DNA from: Cenococcum geophilum
Taxonomy: Eukaryota
Length of the DNA stretch: 64,000 bases
Direction of reading: 5' to 3'
Assembly (NCBI GenBank): GCA_050273025.1
Contig: CP158635.1
Span: 26,226,001-26,290,000, forward strand
The position numbers were made by a program, and so were the translations under genes. The notes below the pieces were generated by a model. It was not told the origin of the DNA. It made no database searches and saw nothing but the letters and a program-made list of their open reading frames with translations. How positions within the stretch are numbered: position 1 is the stretch's first letter; each line of letters starts with the position of its first letter. Positions 38,724 through 51,460 of the stretch are shown one piece after another.

Positions 38724-40399
38724 TCACCGCTTCTTCCGCTCCCTTAGCCTTGATTTAATCGTGTCCGGCTCGCTGGGCGTGTCGGCTGGGCTGGGAGTCC
38801 TCGGTACTGGCTCTCCATTTAACAAGACTTTCGGACTGGGCGCAATTTCTTTGCCATTGGGTTTGCCGTTTGCATAGCCATTGGCGCTCCCATTCATCTT
38901 AAGTGTTTGGGGCTCCTTCGACGTCTCAATTTGCTCCGACTTCGCGACTTCTTCCGTAGCAGCCTCATCCTCAGTATCCTCATATTCACTCCTTACATCC
39001 TCCACCTCCTCCCCCCAGGTCTTAACAAATCTGTATGCGATCCTGCAGATCAAGTAGAACCAAAACAAGTTGACAGCCTGTAAGCATGCCAGAAGTGAAA
39101 ATGTGATGACCTGGGCGATCCAACACTTGTATTGCTGCGTTTCCCAGTTGAGCTCGAAGGGGCCGATGGAAGAAAATTCTGTGAGAATTGAATAGAGAAT
39201 TTTGAGGTTGATGAAATGACGCAAATAGGTCCAGATCATCATAAACAAGAAGAAATAGGGTCCTATAAAGGGCGCGTCAATGTAATTGAGCGTTTTAGAG
39301 GTCTGGTTTCCAGAAGACTGATTAGCACCAAAATATAATCACTGAAGATCCCGAGTTGTATGTGGAAGAGGAATGTGAGGACTGTAGGTAACTTACAGCC
39401 AAGAAGAAATCACTGATATCATGAGTGATATATACTGCGAGTCCCATATACGTAAAATGGAACCGGTAGCTCAACCAAATCAAGCTGAGCGTTATGCAAT
39501 GATGCGCTACCAACTCTTTGAAGTCCTTTCGCGGCTTTTCTAGCATCAACAAAAGTACAATCATTTGTTGCGCCCAGTAGCTCGCTTGCAGCAGATAGTA
39601 TGCCTTAAATACTCCTTCATGCGTTTTGTGGGGGAAATCTTCGTACATGGCCGCTGTGTTGAAGTACCAAATTGGCGTCCGTGACATTACGTATATCCCG
39701 TACGGTCCAAAAACACCAAAGTAAAGAGCAGTGTAGAACTGCTCCATGAACCGGGATTGTTTAGCGCGTGAGCGGATCCCAGCGCGGATAGCGAGCGGCC
39801 GAACCAGGCGCTGCATAAGGAATTCACGCGTAAAGGATAAGAATATGGTGTAGAAAGCCACGAAGACAAAGTCGCGTCCGCCTTTACTATATTGGACGGG
39901 CCCATCTGAACCAGGCTCGCGCGGAAGTGGGTACGAGAGGAAGAGGGCTGCGGAGAGTGGATTCGATGGGGTGGGGTTAACCAGGTAGAGGGAGATAATT
40001 ATGAGGCAGGCCAAGAGAGGATTGAGCCATGTATGCCGAATAGATAGAGTCTTCCACCGCCGGAGTAACTTCTTTGCTTTTCGTCGCTTTGAATGCCGTG
40101 AGGTTTTCTCGGAGGGGGTGCGCTGCAAAGACGCAAGTTAGCTAATCTGCACAACGCCTTTCGGAGCTTTAATGTCTCGGATGCTAAAGGATACCTACAG
40201 ATAGCGATGCTGGTGTCGGAGAAGGCGAAAGCGTTGCTAATGCGGCTACATCGTTGTCTCCTGGTAGTTCATCCCCGAGACCACTGGATTTCCTCCGCCG
40301 ACGGGTATCGCTTGTATTGGTTTTGGGACTTTCCCTGTGCACGAAATGGTGGGAGGGATTCAGGGCCGGGAAGGGTTCGAGAGCAGCAGATTGAGCCAT
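38724..40399 (-). CDS. LAG1: Ceramide synthase (sphingosine N-acyltransferase, TLC domain) (spliced)
   Basis: Lag1 motif RKDFKELVAHH..THDISDFFLA, plus RFMEQ and QQYKCWIAQ. Two introns. Confidence 0.92.
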
Positions 40400-41030
40400 T
40401 ATGTCTTCATTCGAGTATGGTGAAGAAAAGTGTGAGAGGAGTTGCGGGAGTGTCGGGGATGTCATCAAAATTGCGGTGGCCCTAAAGGAGATTAACGGGC
40501 CAAGACTTGCCGCCCAATTGTAGAAGATGCTGCACTCGGCAGGGGCTAAAGGGAGCAGCGGAAGATTACTTTAGACCCCAATGCGACTTTGGGAGATTCA
40601 TTGCATATCGAATGTCTTTTGACGCACCGAGCATACGTGCCTTTTTTTGGCATTTATGTTGGCTATTTAAGCTTCTTTGCCAAAAGGTCCAACTATTTGG
40701 AGACGACTCCTTGTCCCCAGCTTTCTCCCATGAACAAATCACCACATATACGTCGAAACTTTGGTTTCCGATCTGATCTAATCAAGCTGTTTTCCATTCC
40801 AAGTAGAGATGATCTACATCAACGAAGACCGTGGATTGCCTTCATAATATTGCTCCATCCCTTTTCAAGACATCTCTGCCAAGGCCGCTTGAGGTGGCCA
40901 AGCTGTCAGATTGCTGACAGGAGCGTCACTCTCTATCGGACGTCTGCCAGCCGATTAAATTACTTGCTTTCCCATATAAAAAAGCAGCTATATACTCTAG
41001 AATCTATCTGAGGTCTCCTACTGCCACTGG

Positions 41031-43193
41031 TCACTCCACCTCCCTGAGTTTACTCCCTTGCAACACTACCGACTTCTGGAGGGATTGATACGCAGATGTT
41101 GGCTTTCCGTTGCTCTTAGGGATGTCATGCTTCTTCCGCCCGTTGGCTACGTCTCCTAAAGCGTCCCCTTTCCTGTCGATGGGGCTATTTACTTCACCAA
41201 CACTATCAGCCATACTATCCGCGCTCCCTTTCCTTGACATGGAAGGAGTTCCCTGTCTCAGAAGACCCCTTATGCCACCGGCCTTACGAGCTGGCAATTC
41301 GCCTTTTCCAGCTGTTGCAACGAAGAGAAGGTATTTTAGGTTTGGTAGTGTTTGTCGTATGTCAAGTAGTTTCAAGCCCAACCAGTTGGATAGAATTTCT
41401 ATATCTTTATTTAAGAGGAAGACGCCGTATTCGAAGCGATATCGAATGACGCCTTTCATGTAGAGCGGATACGTCCGAGGGCCCATATTCATAGATATCG
41501 GATCCAGTATGACTGATGTTGAGCCGTGTTGCTTCACAGGGTATGGAAGCGCAACGGAGAGGTAGGGCGATAAAAGGTGAACAACATGAGCGACGTAACC
41601 TAGTGCTGCTGAAACGATATCTTCGTTAGCATCATCGAATTCAGAATTAGGAAGAGGCAATCCGCGAATAGTGAAGGCGAGTGATTTGCCAGGAATCGGC
41701 TCAATAGGATATATCCGCTGAAGCTCCTCGCATATACGCCGCCTCTGACCAGTGACTTCATCTTCAGTGTGGTGTATTGTTTCCTTGAATTTCTCAAGCT
41801 TCTCTCGCGCTTCGGACACGTCCCTTTCCGCCTTTGCTTGAGCTTCTCGACCTTTTCGAATGGCTTCTTTTCGCGAGGCTATACTAGCTCTTAGCTCATC
41901 ACGTTTTTTGCGAGAGGCTTCGAGCCGTCGTTTTTCCACTGCAACCGCATGTTCCGCTGTTCTGAGGCTTTCTTCGGCCTCTGGAACCTGCTCAACGACG
42001 GAAATAGACTCCTCGTTCTTCTTGAGAATCGTCTCTATTTCATCCGCCAGCCTATCGCGTGTGGCTAACGCATCCTGAATACAATCGTCGAGAGTAGATA
42101 GACGCATCAACGCATCATAGGATGAAGTTGGAAGAGCGCGGTTAGTTGATGTCTTGGGTGGCGCCGCAGGTATCAACGGCCAGGATTCTCCTACAGGCAT
42201 ATCCGTAAAGCTCGTGTACACCCCATCCGTCATGTGAAAGAGGACGCAATTTGGTGGTAGGGGATGGTGGAAGTTCTCAAGCTGAACAATATTAGCACGG
42301 CCGCGACTTCTCGACATAATAAAACAAAAAGCCTACAGCTCTGCCAACAAATTGTAATGCACGCAATTGAACCGTGAACTCAATGAGATACTGCCAGTCC
42401 TTTAAGTACTCGTTCCGCGCCCAGACCTTCATCGTTAATTTATCGAGTCTGGTTACTCCGGGGCCGCACGAATTGAGGTCGAAGAAGCGGAAATTTGGAT
42501 TCTGCGCCTGTTAACCATACTTCCCCCCACTGCCACATTCTGAGTGCAAGCGCATAACTCAGCTTACCATTGCCTTTTCAACAACCTCACTAATGTATAT
42601 GGGTTCTATAGCTGCCATTAGCATATTCCAGGCTCCAAATCTATTGAGACTATACCATCTTGATTGGCGACATGTAATGAGAAGAATGTATCCGCCATGC
42701 GGCCCCCAGTGGCATCTTCCAATTTCTTCTGCCGCTCAAGCGGACTCGCGCCCGACCAATCTAGTGTACTGCGTCTGCGTAATCCCGATAAAAACGAGGA
42801 CCGCGAGGGCTTAGCCTGGAGCTTTTTCTTCCGGAGATCGCCATTTCCATGTGATGCTGAGCCGTCTGAGAAGCGGAGGTCGCTGGAAGAGCGGGAATGC
42901 TCGAGTTTCTTACTCTCGCGCTGCGCGAGGACTTTGGCGGGAGATTTGAGGGTAGACGGGATGGCTTCATCATCGAAGGTTTTGCCACGATGCCGGCCTG
43001 GGCTGGAGACGAGCGTGAGGTTGCGGATAGTGATACCTTGGAGATGCCTGAGCTTCCGGTTCTGTAGGGAGTGGTTAGAAGCCACCAGCATGTCTGGGAG
43101 GGTGCATACGGAAGGTAACAACCATGGCCTCTCTCGGGAGGAACTAGATACGGCGACCTGGTCGGATCCGCCATCTTGCTCGTCGCCGGCCAT
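41031..43193 (-). CDS. VPS38: Vps38/UVRAG-like PI3K complex II subunit (spliced)
   Basis: NRKLRHLQGITIRNL, ADTFFSLH, a coiled coil, IYPIEP, SAALGYVAH, RFEYGVFLLNKDIE and QTLPNLKYLL. Confidence 0.85.
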
Positions 43194-43534
43194 AGTATCA
43201 AAGGGGAGCTGGCTATTCAATACGCAGACTTGAAGTTGGCTTCAGGAGAACGCCGCACATTGCATTTCTTGGAGAGTAGAAGATACGTATGCAGACATGC
43301 CTCGCCATGCAATTCATAGTCTGCTTCTGGAGGAAATATATTGATTCGTGTATCTCAACAGCAAGCTATATGCTGCCGCCGTTTGTTCGCGAAGCTCCCT
43401 GTATGTTCCGCACGGACCACCTCCCCTTCAATCCCAACATTTTTCCTGATACCACCGCTCCCCTACCGCAGGCTGCGAAGGGAGCCAGCCAACCCCTCCT
43501 ACACCACCGAAAACACCAATTGGGATACGTAGCC

Positions 43535-44874
43535 ATGCTGGCACCAAATGCTAGAGGCTTAAAGGCTCTCCAGGCCGTCCGTCCTAGCGAGCATGGCCGA
43601 CACATCTTCGTCTACACCAATATCGATACCAAGCAGGTCATCTACTCTCTCCGCCGAACCCTCAAAGTAGGTCCATCACACCACCCAATTCCTCATTACG
43701 TCGCCCCTTTCCCATCCTCATCGCATGCTATCCCAGCCCAATTTTTTCTAGACCCTCACTTAAGACACTCTAGGACACCCACATCAACCAACTCTCCTTT
43801 ATCGGCAAACACTCCGTGCCTCCCACCATCCGGCCCGACATCTGGAAGCCGCTCTGCACTGTAACCTTCCCGAGCCCGCCACAAGGCCTCTCCGCCTACC
43901 GCAAGCTACGCGAGTTCCGCCAGCTGCACGAGCTATGCTGGGACCACACATCGCCGCAGGCACTGAAAATGAACCGCAAGCACCGGATCCGATGGCTGAT
44001 GAACCAGAAAGCGAACTCAATCGCGGACCTGTCCAAAGTGCTGTCGATGCAGGGCGCGAAGGGCGTGGAGATGAAAGCGACGATCAAGCGGCGGCGGGAG
44101 GAGATCGAGCGCGTCGCGAGCAAGAAGTGGGCGGACATTGAGGCGCTCGCGAAGCGCGCCGATGACGGCGAGGTCGCCCGTATCGAGGCTAATCTCGAGA
44201 CTCTGAAGCTGCAGCATGGGCGCCGCCAGGAGAAGGAGCGGGCCCGCATCGAGAAGGCCATGGCGGGCCTGCGGGCGTTCCGCAAGAAGCTCCTCTGGGC
44301 CCAGCGCAAGATCGCGCTTCGTGCGGAGGTGGATGCCAAGATCGCCGCCGAGCAGGCGGCACTGGCGGCTGCGAAAGCAGAGGCGGAGGCCGCGAAGAAA
44401 GCGGCTGCGGCTGCAACTCCCCAAGGCGCTGCTGCTGCCGAAGAGGATGCGGTGGACACGGAGGAGCCGCCCGTCCCGGAAAATCCGGTCGTTGCATCTG
44501 TCGTTCCTAAGTACCTTCGTCGCCCCCTCCCCCGGCCCATGACCCTTGAAGGTGTTCTGATCAAGTGGGCAAACATCTCCGATGCCGAGTATGCCTCCAG
44601 CTGGCCCGAAGAAGTCGTGCACGACCGAATGGGAGTAGTTAAAAGGACAGCACCGCGGCCTGATGAGCCTGCAGCACCGTTTCCAAGCACCGAGGAAGAG
44701 AGGGCTATGGAGAATGTGGTGCTCGATGGGGAGAGCGTTGAACAAGACGAGGCGCAGGGCAAGGAAGAAGAGGAGGGAGAGGAACAAGAAGAAAAGAAGG
44801 AATTAAAACGGAGCCTTTTATCACGGCTCAATCCATTTAGTTGGAGAGGAGGGGACGCGAGGGCGAGTGCTTGA
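43535..44874 (+). CDS. MHR1: Mitochondrial Mhr1 / ribosomal protein mL67 family (spliced)
   Basis: HGRHIFVYTN..QVIYSL, then an intron, then RPDIWKPL..GLSAYRKLREFRQLHE..LMNQKANSIADL and IKWANISDAEYA..WP..V.H. Confidence 0.85.
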
Positions 44875-45447
44875 GTAAAGAGCATGGAATCTATTTAGTA
44901 AAACGGAGGGATTGAGGGAGGCGAGTATATCATATCGCATCTATGGTTGTATCACACGGTAAGTCGGACAGTCTTTTGTACTATACGAACTCTAAATTCA
45001 ACGCCGTAAACGATACATCAAAATCTTATGCTGCGATTCGTTTCAAACGGTTTGAAGATCACCAAGGACTTCTATTGAATCTTTTGGGTTGCTCATTTAA
45101 GAGAGTAAAAGAGATTACAATAGTGGGCGAACAACTAATCTGAAGTAACAACTGATTATAGGATTTGCTAAAGAGTGACACAGGGTATCCAAGCCGTATT
45201 ATCCTGTAGAATTATTTTCGTCTCATAGATTTGCTTCAGCAATATGCAGTTGAGTATATTTCTCATCGTATCAATGCAAGTATTGAATCTGATTTATTTT
45301 ATAATCATTCCCGTAGTCTAGTTATACATTGGTAGGAGTCAAAAAAGCCCATTCACTCCGCCGCAATTCGCCTCCCCTAGCGTCTTTCTCACGAAGTTAA
45401 AATATCGTCAGGGAATTGCTAAAGCAATACCCGGCCAAATCACGTAT

Positions 45448-46942
45448 CTACTTATCCTTAGACCCAATGTGCAGCTTATTCTTGATCTTCTCGCTCAAAC
45501 CTACTTTCTCCTTCTCACCACCATTACTGGAAGGCTCTAGTTTTTCGCCTGGGAAAGTCTTGTGTATTCCCTTTTGTTCCATCAGACCTTGATCAAGATG
45601 AGTTAGCGGTGTTTCAATTGCTTCATATGAGGTGAGATTCATGGGTAATACAATTTTTCATCACGGGCTTAAGGGTAACTTACGGTCTGCTTCCCGCCCA
45701 GCACCAGGTTTTGTGGCATCAAAGTCTCCTCCATCAGCAGCGAGCCCACTCGTCTTGACCCACTTCTCACCAGTCCCCTTCTCCTTGCCATGCTCCTGTC
45801 CGCTGGCGTTTCTGACCTTGCTCTCTCGTCGTTCCGCTTGCGTCTTTGGCGCATCATGCATGTGCATTGGCTCGCCAGGGTGGTCATTGAGATCTTTTTT
45901 CAATGCCTGTTCGCCTTCCTCCTCCTTGACGCCTTCAGCTTCCTCGCCGGTAGGAGCGTCACCGGGCCTTTCAGCGCCCTGTTGTTTCTGCGTTGGTGAG
46001 GCAGTAGATTCGGGGGCAGCGCTAGTGTTTGAGGATGCTTCGGTGGGGTGGACGTCCGAGGCCTTAGGATCATTGCCCATCCCGCCGACAACGCCTATTT
46101 TATCTATCTTATGTTCAGGACGTAGTGAGTCACCAGCGGCAGCGGAGTGTAGGTTAGGACCCGGCGTTTCGGTAGGATCTGTGAACCAGGATTCTGTCAG
46201 TTTGGCTGGGCAGAAGGACACATAAGAAATCTATCGGATGGCTTTAGAGTGTCCTTGGCTGATCGAGGCTCGGTGGCAGGATTATTGGTGGAGCGATTTT
46301 GGACGCCCGTAGAAGGATCGGTGGGGTTTAGAGATGAGAGACGATCGTCGGCACGCTCAGTTGAATTAAAAGACGACGGCTGCTCTGAAGAAGGCTCATT
46401 AGAGAGCTTACTAGAAGGCTTCGTATTCTGGAATGACGAGGAACGCTCGTCGGTACGCTCGGTAGAATTGAAGGAAGAACGCTCATCGGTGCCGTCGGAT
46501 TCTTCGGAAGGCCTGCTGACTCGTTGGGGTTCTTCAAGGATTTCTAAGCCAGGCGGTCGTCTGCTCCTTGGCTGAACGTCTCTTCGTAGGCAACATCGGT
46601 AGTATTCAGATCGAGCATGTCTCCGGCGTAGGTGGCATGCGGTCCGTGATTAGAAGAAGCTGGCTGAGACTCACCCGTGCTTGAGGATGGGTTTGTGATT
46701 GGATTTGAAGTTGGGTTTGAAGTTGGGTTTTCTGAAGGATGTGATGTTAGCCAGGAACCAGGGGAATAGAAGACGAACTACGGAAGCGCACCTTCATTAC
46801 CACGATCAAATGGTTCTTCTACGGTGCCTTTGCCTTGCTCACCCGAAATAGGCTCTTGACCTGACTCGGTGGTAGCATCACCAGTTTTATCACCCCAGAT
46901 CATCTTGCTTGCAGAGTTGGCGGCGTTGCTAAGTGTCTCCAT
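45448..46942 (-). CDS. Hydrophilic low-complexity hypothetical protein (spliced)
   Basis: ATG 46942 METLSNAANSASKMIWG..EPISGEQGKGTVEEPFDRGN, GTGEKWVKTSGLAADGGDFDATKPGAGREADR and C-terminal KIKNKLH. Introns present. Confidence 0.75.
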
Positions 46943-47466
46943 GGTGTTTAAGTAGGATTGTATCTATGAATTGGACGTGGCGAGGAAAGCTGGAGCGAGA
47001 GAGAAATGCAGAGTTCTAGGGAATTATTATGGGTGTATCGATGTTTCTGTCAAGATACAACAGCGGAGGTGAGGTGAGCATTTGTAGCATATTATTGGTA
47101 TGACGTTGTCGCCGATCGACTGGTATCCCACCATGCCCACTTCTAGCACACGGCCAGACAGGAAGAATAGTACGTCACAGGAGGGGTAGAAGCACGTTTC
47201 ACACCCACTGCCGGGTTCTTTGTGCCAGATCATCCGATGATGGCTGGAGTCCTTTAATCAGAGCTGTCAGGGTTCATTGCTTGTTCCTACCGCTTTAGCT
47301 CCAGTCAAATGTTTGGTAGCTTGATAGCGAAGGTGTGCCTCGTGCGCTTCTTGGAATTGCTTAGAGTTGCTTGGTGAAGTTTCTGTATCATGATTCCTGA
47401 CTGTTCCTTCAAGTGACGTCCTATAGCAATTGGCATCTATGACGTCATAAATGCAAACAGAGCAAA

Positions 47467-48402
47467 TTATGTGAAACTAATTCTGTAGTCTCGCGAGACA
47501 TTATTTCCGTAGATCGGTTTAGGATCGCGTGCTTTCGGCTCCAGCTTCTCCCAAGGGATATTATGAGTTTCTGCTGCGACACTAAAGTGATAAAACAGAA
47601 CCCCAATTAACAATGCCGGACAAAATAGCGGTACTGCAATACTAACTTCAACCTTTGCGGACTGAGACAGCCCCCCAGCAATTAGAGGAGTTGCTGCTAA
47701 AGGACTTATCTGCACTGATGAAGTAGTTGTCTGTGCCTTTAAGGTGATGGAAGTAGGGCCATTGGTTGGAGTTGGTGAGATAAATGCAGTACTTTTAGGA
47801 GGCCTTAGACTTAAATTCGAGAACAGCCATCGCACATGAACGCTATCCCTTGAACCGTCAGGTACTACGTTATCGATAAAGTATGGCCCGTGCATACAAC
47901 ACTAAGAATCTATACTTCCTGATTGGTCAAATCCTTATCGATAACTTAGGACGATAATTGACGGTTTAAGGGATAGGCATACACTTGCTCACGCAGGAAG
48001 AAAGACGTAGAAGTTATTCCACATTAATATGTAGACAATAGCTTCCTAGGTTAGTATAGCGCCTACGGGGGGGCACGGGAGTCCACTGGGGAGGTCAAAG
48101 GCCTCAGATTGGTAATTCAAGTAACTCTTGTACCAGTTCAAGATCCCACCTTGGCAGCACGTAGCAACTGTTTCGGTAATAGTGCCCATAACATTATTTG
48201 GCGAATAGGTAATGCCATATCCTGAAGGGTAACGCCTAGGAGAAAAGACCGAATCCCAGTCTAACGGCAGGCATGCTGAATCAAACGGAGACCCCACGGT
48301 AATAAAAGCAATACTAGCCGCAGTAGCTGCCATAGTTGTGCTAGGATAAACTGCGGAAGGATCAAATATGGTGGTAAGAAGAAGAGCGCTAGGAATCGCC
48401 AT
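47467..48402 (-). pseudogene. Degenerate S/T-rich single-pass membrane protein gene, interrupted by a MITE
   Basis: Remnant motifs LTTIF, CLP..W..FSP..PSGY, TETVATCC, VHVRW and GGLSQSAK followed by a hydrophobic stretch. Stops and a 128-bp insertion lie between the pieces. Confidence 0.55.
47846..47973. mobile_element. 128-bp MITE (TCCCTT(G/A)AACCGTCA TIRs), copy A
   Basis: TA|TCCCTTGAACCGTCA ... TGACGGTTTAAGGGA|TA, with a TTATCGATAA palindrome inside each end. Confidence 0.8.
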
Positions 48403-49167
48403 CTTTAAGCTGAGCCAAGTTCTAATTTTCGTGAAGCTTAAGGTTGATAATTAGTGGTGGTGGGCTGGAAAACTTACGAGGTAGGATATACTTCTGAAAT
48501 CGCTTTTGAATTCATAAAAATTGGCTTGAGCTCAAATATAGTGGACCAATAAGAGAAGTCTACTATTCAGCTTCACGGGAGTGGAGGAGACATTGTGAGA
48601 AGATATGGTGTGAGCCGCGGAAGAATTTTGCCTCGAAAGACTAAGAATATATTCCCCCTCAATTTGTGCGAATTGCAGACATTATCTGAATGTGATATTG
48701 TTGTTGAACGACAGCGCGAAAGGAAGTTGAGATAGACCATAAGGTCGATCTGTACTAGCACGTGAGTGGCGTCAGGGGCCGAAAGCCACAGGTCTACGAA
48801 GCTCGCATTTCTCGTATCCTCCGCATCCAAACGCGACAGCGACCACAGGCTTGACCTACTTTGAGCAATTCCACGTCATCCGTCATGAGACAAGGGTGTT
48901 TTCGTCCACTAGACGCTATCGTCTTTCGATCTCTCGGTTCGTACTCCAAATCTATAGATATTTGAACAGCCACCCACTCCTAGCATCGTTGAAGCTGGCT
49001 GGATATAGATATAGGTGCGATACGTACGCAAGGTATCCAGCTTTGACAGCCTCAGCTAAGTATAATAAGGTATCTTGTACGCATTCAATTTGAAACTTTG
49101 ATTCCTGTCGTTCCATCAGTCTACTTTCCCCTAACAACCCGTTCGCTTTTCTTTGACTGCTATACCC

Positions 49168-50452
49168 ATGACGATAACACGCATTATTATCATCGGTGGT
49201 GGGATTGCGGGTGTTGCATCTGCCATCGCCCTTACCCGCCTCAATAAGATATCATGTTCCATCTACGAGATTCGCCCTAAACCTTCGACAATTGGGGGCG
49301 CAGTCAATTTGACGCCCAATGCTCTGCGCTACCTTGAACATCTTGGTGTGCTCGCTCGTCTCCTTCCGAAAGGATGTGAAGTCCGCCATATCGACGTAAT
49401 TTCCCAGCGTACAGGTCAGAATCTCGGCGCTGTAAATTTCGATAACTTGCCCAAATTCAAGCAACGTGCGCTTCGCGTGCTGCGATCAGATCTACTTCAG
49501 GTGCTGCTAGAGGCGCTAGAGGAGGAAGGAGTAAAAGTTCAGTATGGGAAGAGGATCGAATCTGCGAGGCAGCTCGCGGACAGGATTGAAGCTACCTTCG
49601 AAGATGGGACAAAAGTAGATGGCGATATACTCCTTGGGTGTGACGGTATTCATTCCTCCGTTCGCATGAAGTTCGTTCAGGCAGACCGAAAGCCCCTCTA
49701 CTCTGGTATTGCAGTCGCTTACGGCCTCTTGGATGCCACTGGCATTTCGGAACATTTACAGTTCGACGAGACGGCAGCACATGCCGGGCGATATGGCACT
49801 TTTCTGACGTCCTACTACAATGCCGACAAGTCGCGTTTATATGTTGCCGCGGTAATGGAGACTAAGGATGTTAGTAGCAGAGAGGGTTGGGCGGTGAAAG
49901 GCAAAGATCAAGAAGTGGTGAAGGATGAAATTGTACGGCGATTCAGTGGTTCATCAATGCCATATCTGGAGGATATGATCAAGAAGGTGGAATCGTTCAT
50001 TCTTTATCCTGTCTACAAGCTCCCTCCAGGAGGACGTTGGAGCGCTGAAAATATAATGCTGTTGGGAGATGCTGCACACGCTGTAAATATAACATCCCAT
50101 CTCACCCGTAATTTGAATATATTTAACGAAACCATTACAGATGCCTCCGCAGGGAGAAAGCGTTGGACTGGCCCTTGAGGACGTAATCTTATTCTCTCGA
50201 GTGATTGGCCAGCACGAAACTAAAGCTACTTCTCAAATTCTTTCAGATTACGAAAACCTACGGAAGCCTCGAATTGATGCAGCCTTTAAAGAGGCTAACT
50301 TGCGCTGGGAAACCGCGAAAGATAGAGGTTGGTTAATGACAGTATTGCTGGAATGGATAACCTGGATGTACCTTAAGTGGATGAGTATTTCCAAAGAGAA
50401 GGAGTTTGCTTTCGATGTGAGGGATATTAAACTGCAACAAGCAAACTCATGA
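49168..50452 (+). CDS. FAD-dependent monooxygenase (salicylate hydroxylase/zeaxanthin epoxidase-like) (1 intron)
   Basis: GGGIAG Rossmann motif, LLGCDGIHSSVR, and LLGDAAHA|MPPQGESVGLALED across an intron. Confidence 0.92.
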
Positions 50453-50615
50453 AAAATCAGTATTCAGCCATTCTATTACGAACATTAGAGATAGGCGCGA
50501 AACAAGGCATCCTAAGTCCTGCGAATCAGGTGGCTTTGTCAAAATGTTGTTATATCTTCACTCACACTTGAGACTTCTGGAGCTCCCTTCGAATCCATAA
50601 TCTCTTGATAGCCAG

Positions 50616-51316
50616 CTAACTTCCATGGGTTATCCATGCAAGTATAGTGCACGCGGCCAACATCATCATTCCGAATTCGTCAACTTCTTCCGCCCACTCA
50701 TGCACCCTTTGTTTTCTTTCCTCCTCACCTTCCACTTTCGGCCAAAACTCATGCATCTGAAGTTGCAGATAAACGTCATACTCTTTCATCCATGCCTCTC
50801 TATTTCGCGCTTCCCACAAACGCTTCCCGCAAGGAGCTAGCAACATCGCCAGTTCTTCAGCGAGATAGCTTACATCACCATTCGCAAAATTGAAAACATT
50901 TTCCAATCCGATTGGGCTAACAAAAGGCACAAGAGAAATGCCTGAGAAATCTAATCGCTGAGCTTGCCCGAAGTTGAGGTCAGATTCTTGTGGTGAAGAA
51001 TCCGACATGGCATCCTGCAGAGGACTCATGAGGGTAACAAAATCTGTAGTTGAGTGGGAATTAGTCACAAACCATGCGCATTTGTCTCCGCAAGGCTGAT
51101 GTACTTGCATCGAAGGCTTCGTGTGGTGCATCTTGTGCACGAGGACTGACAAAGGTCGTATCTCGCTTTCGCTGTCGTACATTCTGAACAGGCCTTTTTT
51201 TGGGTAGTTATGGCCGCTCTAGTTGATTTTGTTAATCTAGGAAGAGGTCCCGGCGTTGCTAATGCATCGTCCTGCACAGTGTATGTTTCATGAGCGCTAC
51301 GTATCTCTACAGTCAT
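50616..51316 (-). pseudogene. Truncated, frameshifted Zn2Cys6 transcription factor
   Basis: KKACSECTTAKARYD..CTRC...C: the third Cys is replaced by Tyr. A stop follows at 51065. The C-terminal remnant LWEARNREAW..DEFGMMM is in another frame and most of the middle is missing. Confidence 0.7.
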
Positions 51317-51460
51317 TCAGTTCCAGACATGTCCACTGGCTATTACAACCAGTTTTCCAAGCAATTCAAGGGGAAGGACCATATACCTCGCATTGGTACC
51401 TATCCCTAGTAACAGAGTAAGTGGTTCGTGCGGAACACCGAACTCAAAAATACGCGTATA

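Noticed and set aside
43896..44885. 329-aa and 256-aa antisense ORFs over MHR1
   Set aside because: Shadow ORFs produced by GC-rich, Ala/Glu/Lys-biased coding on the plus strand. No motifs.
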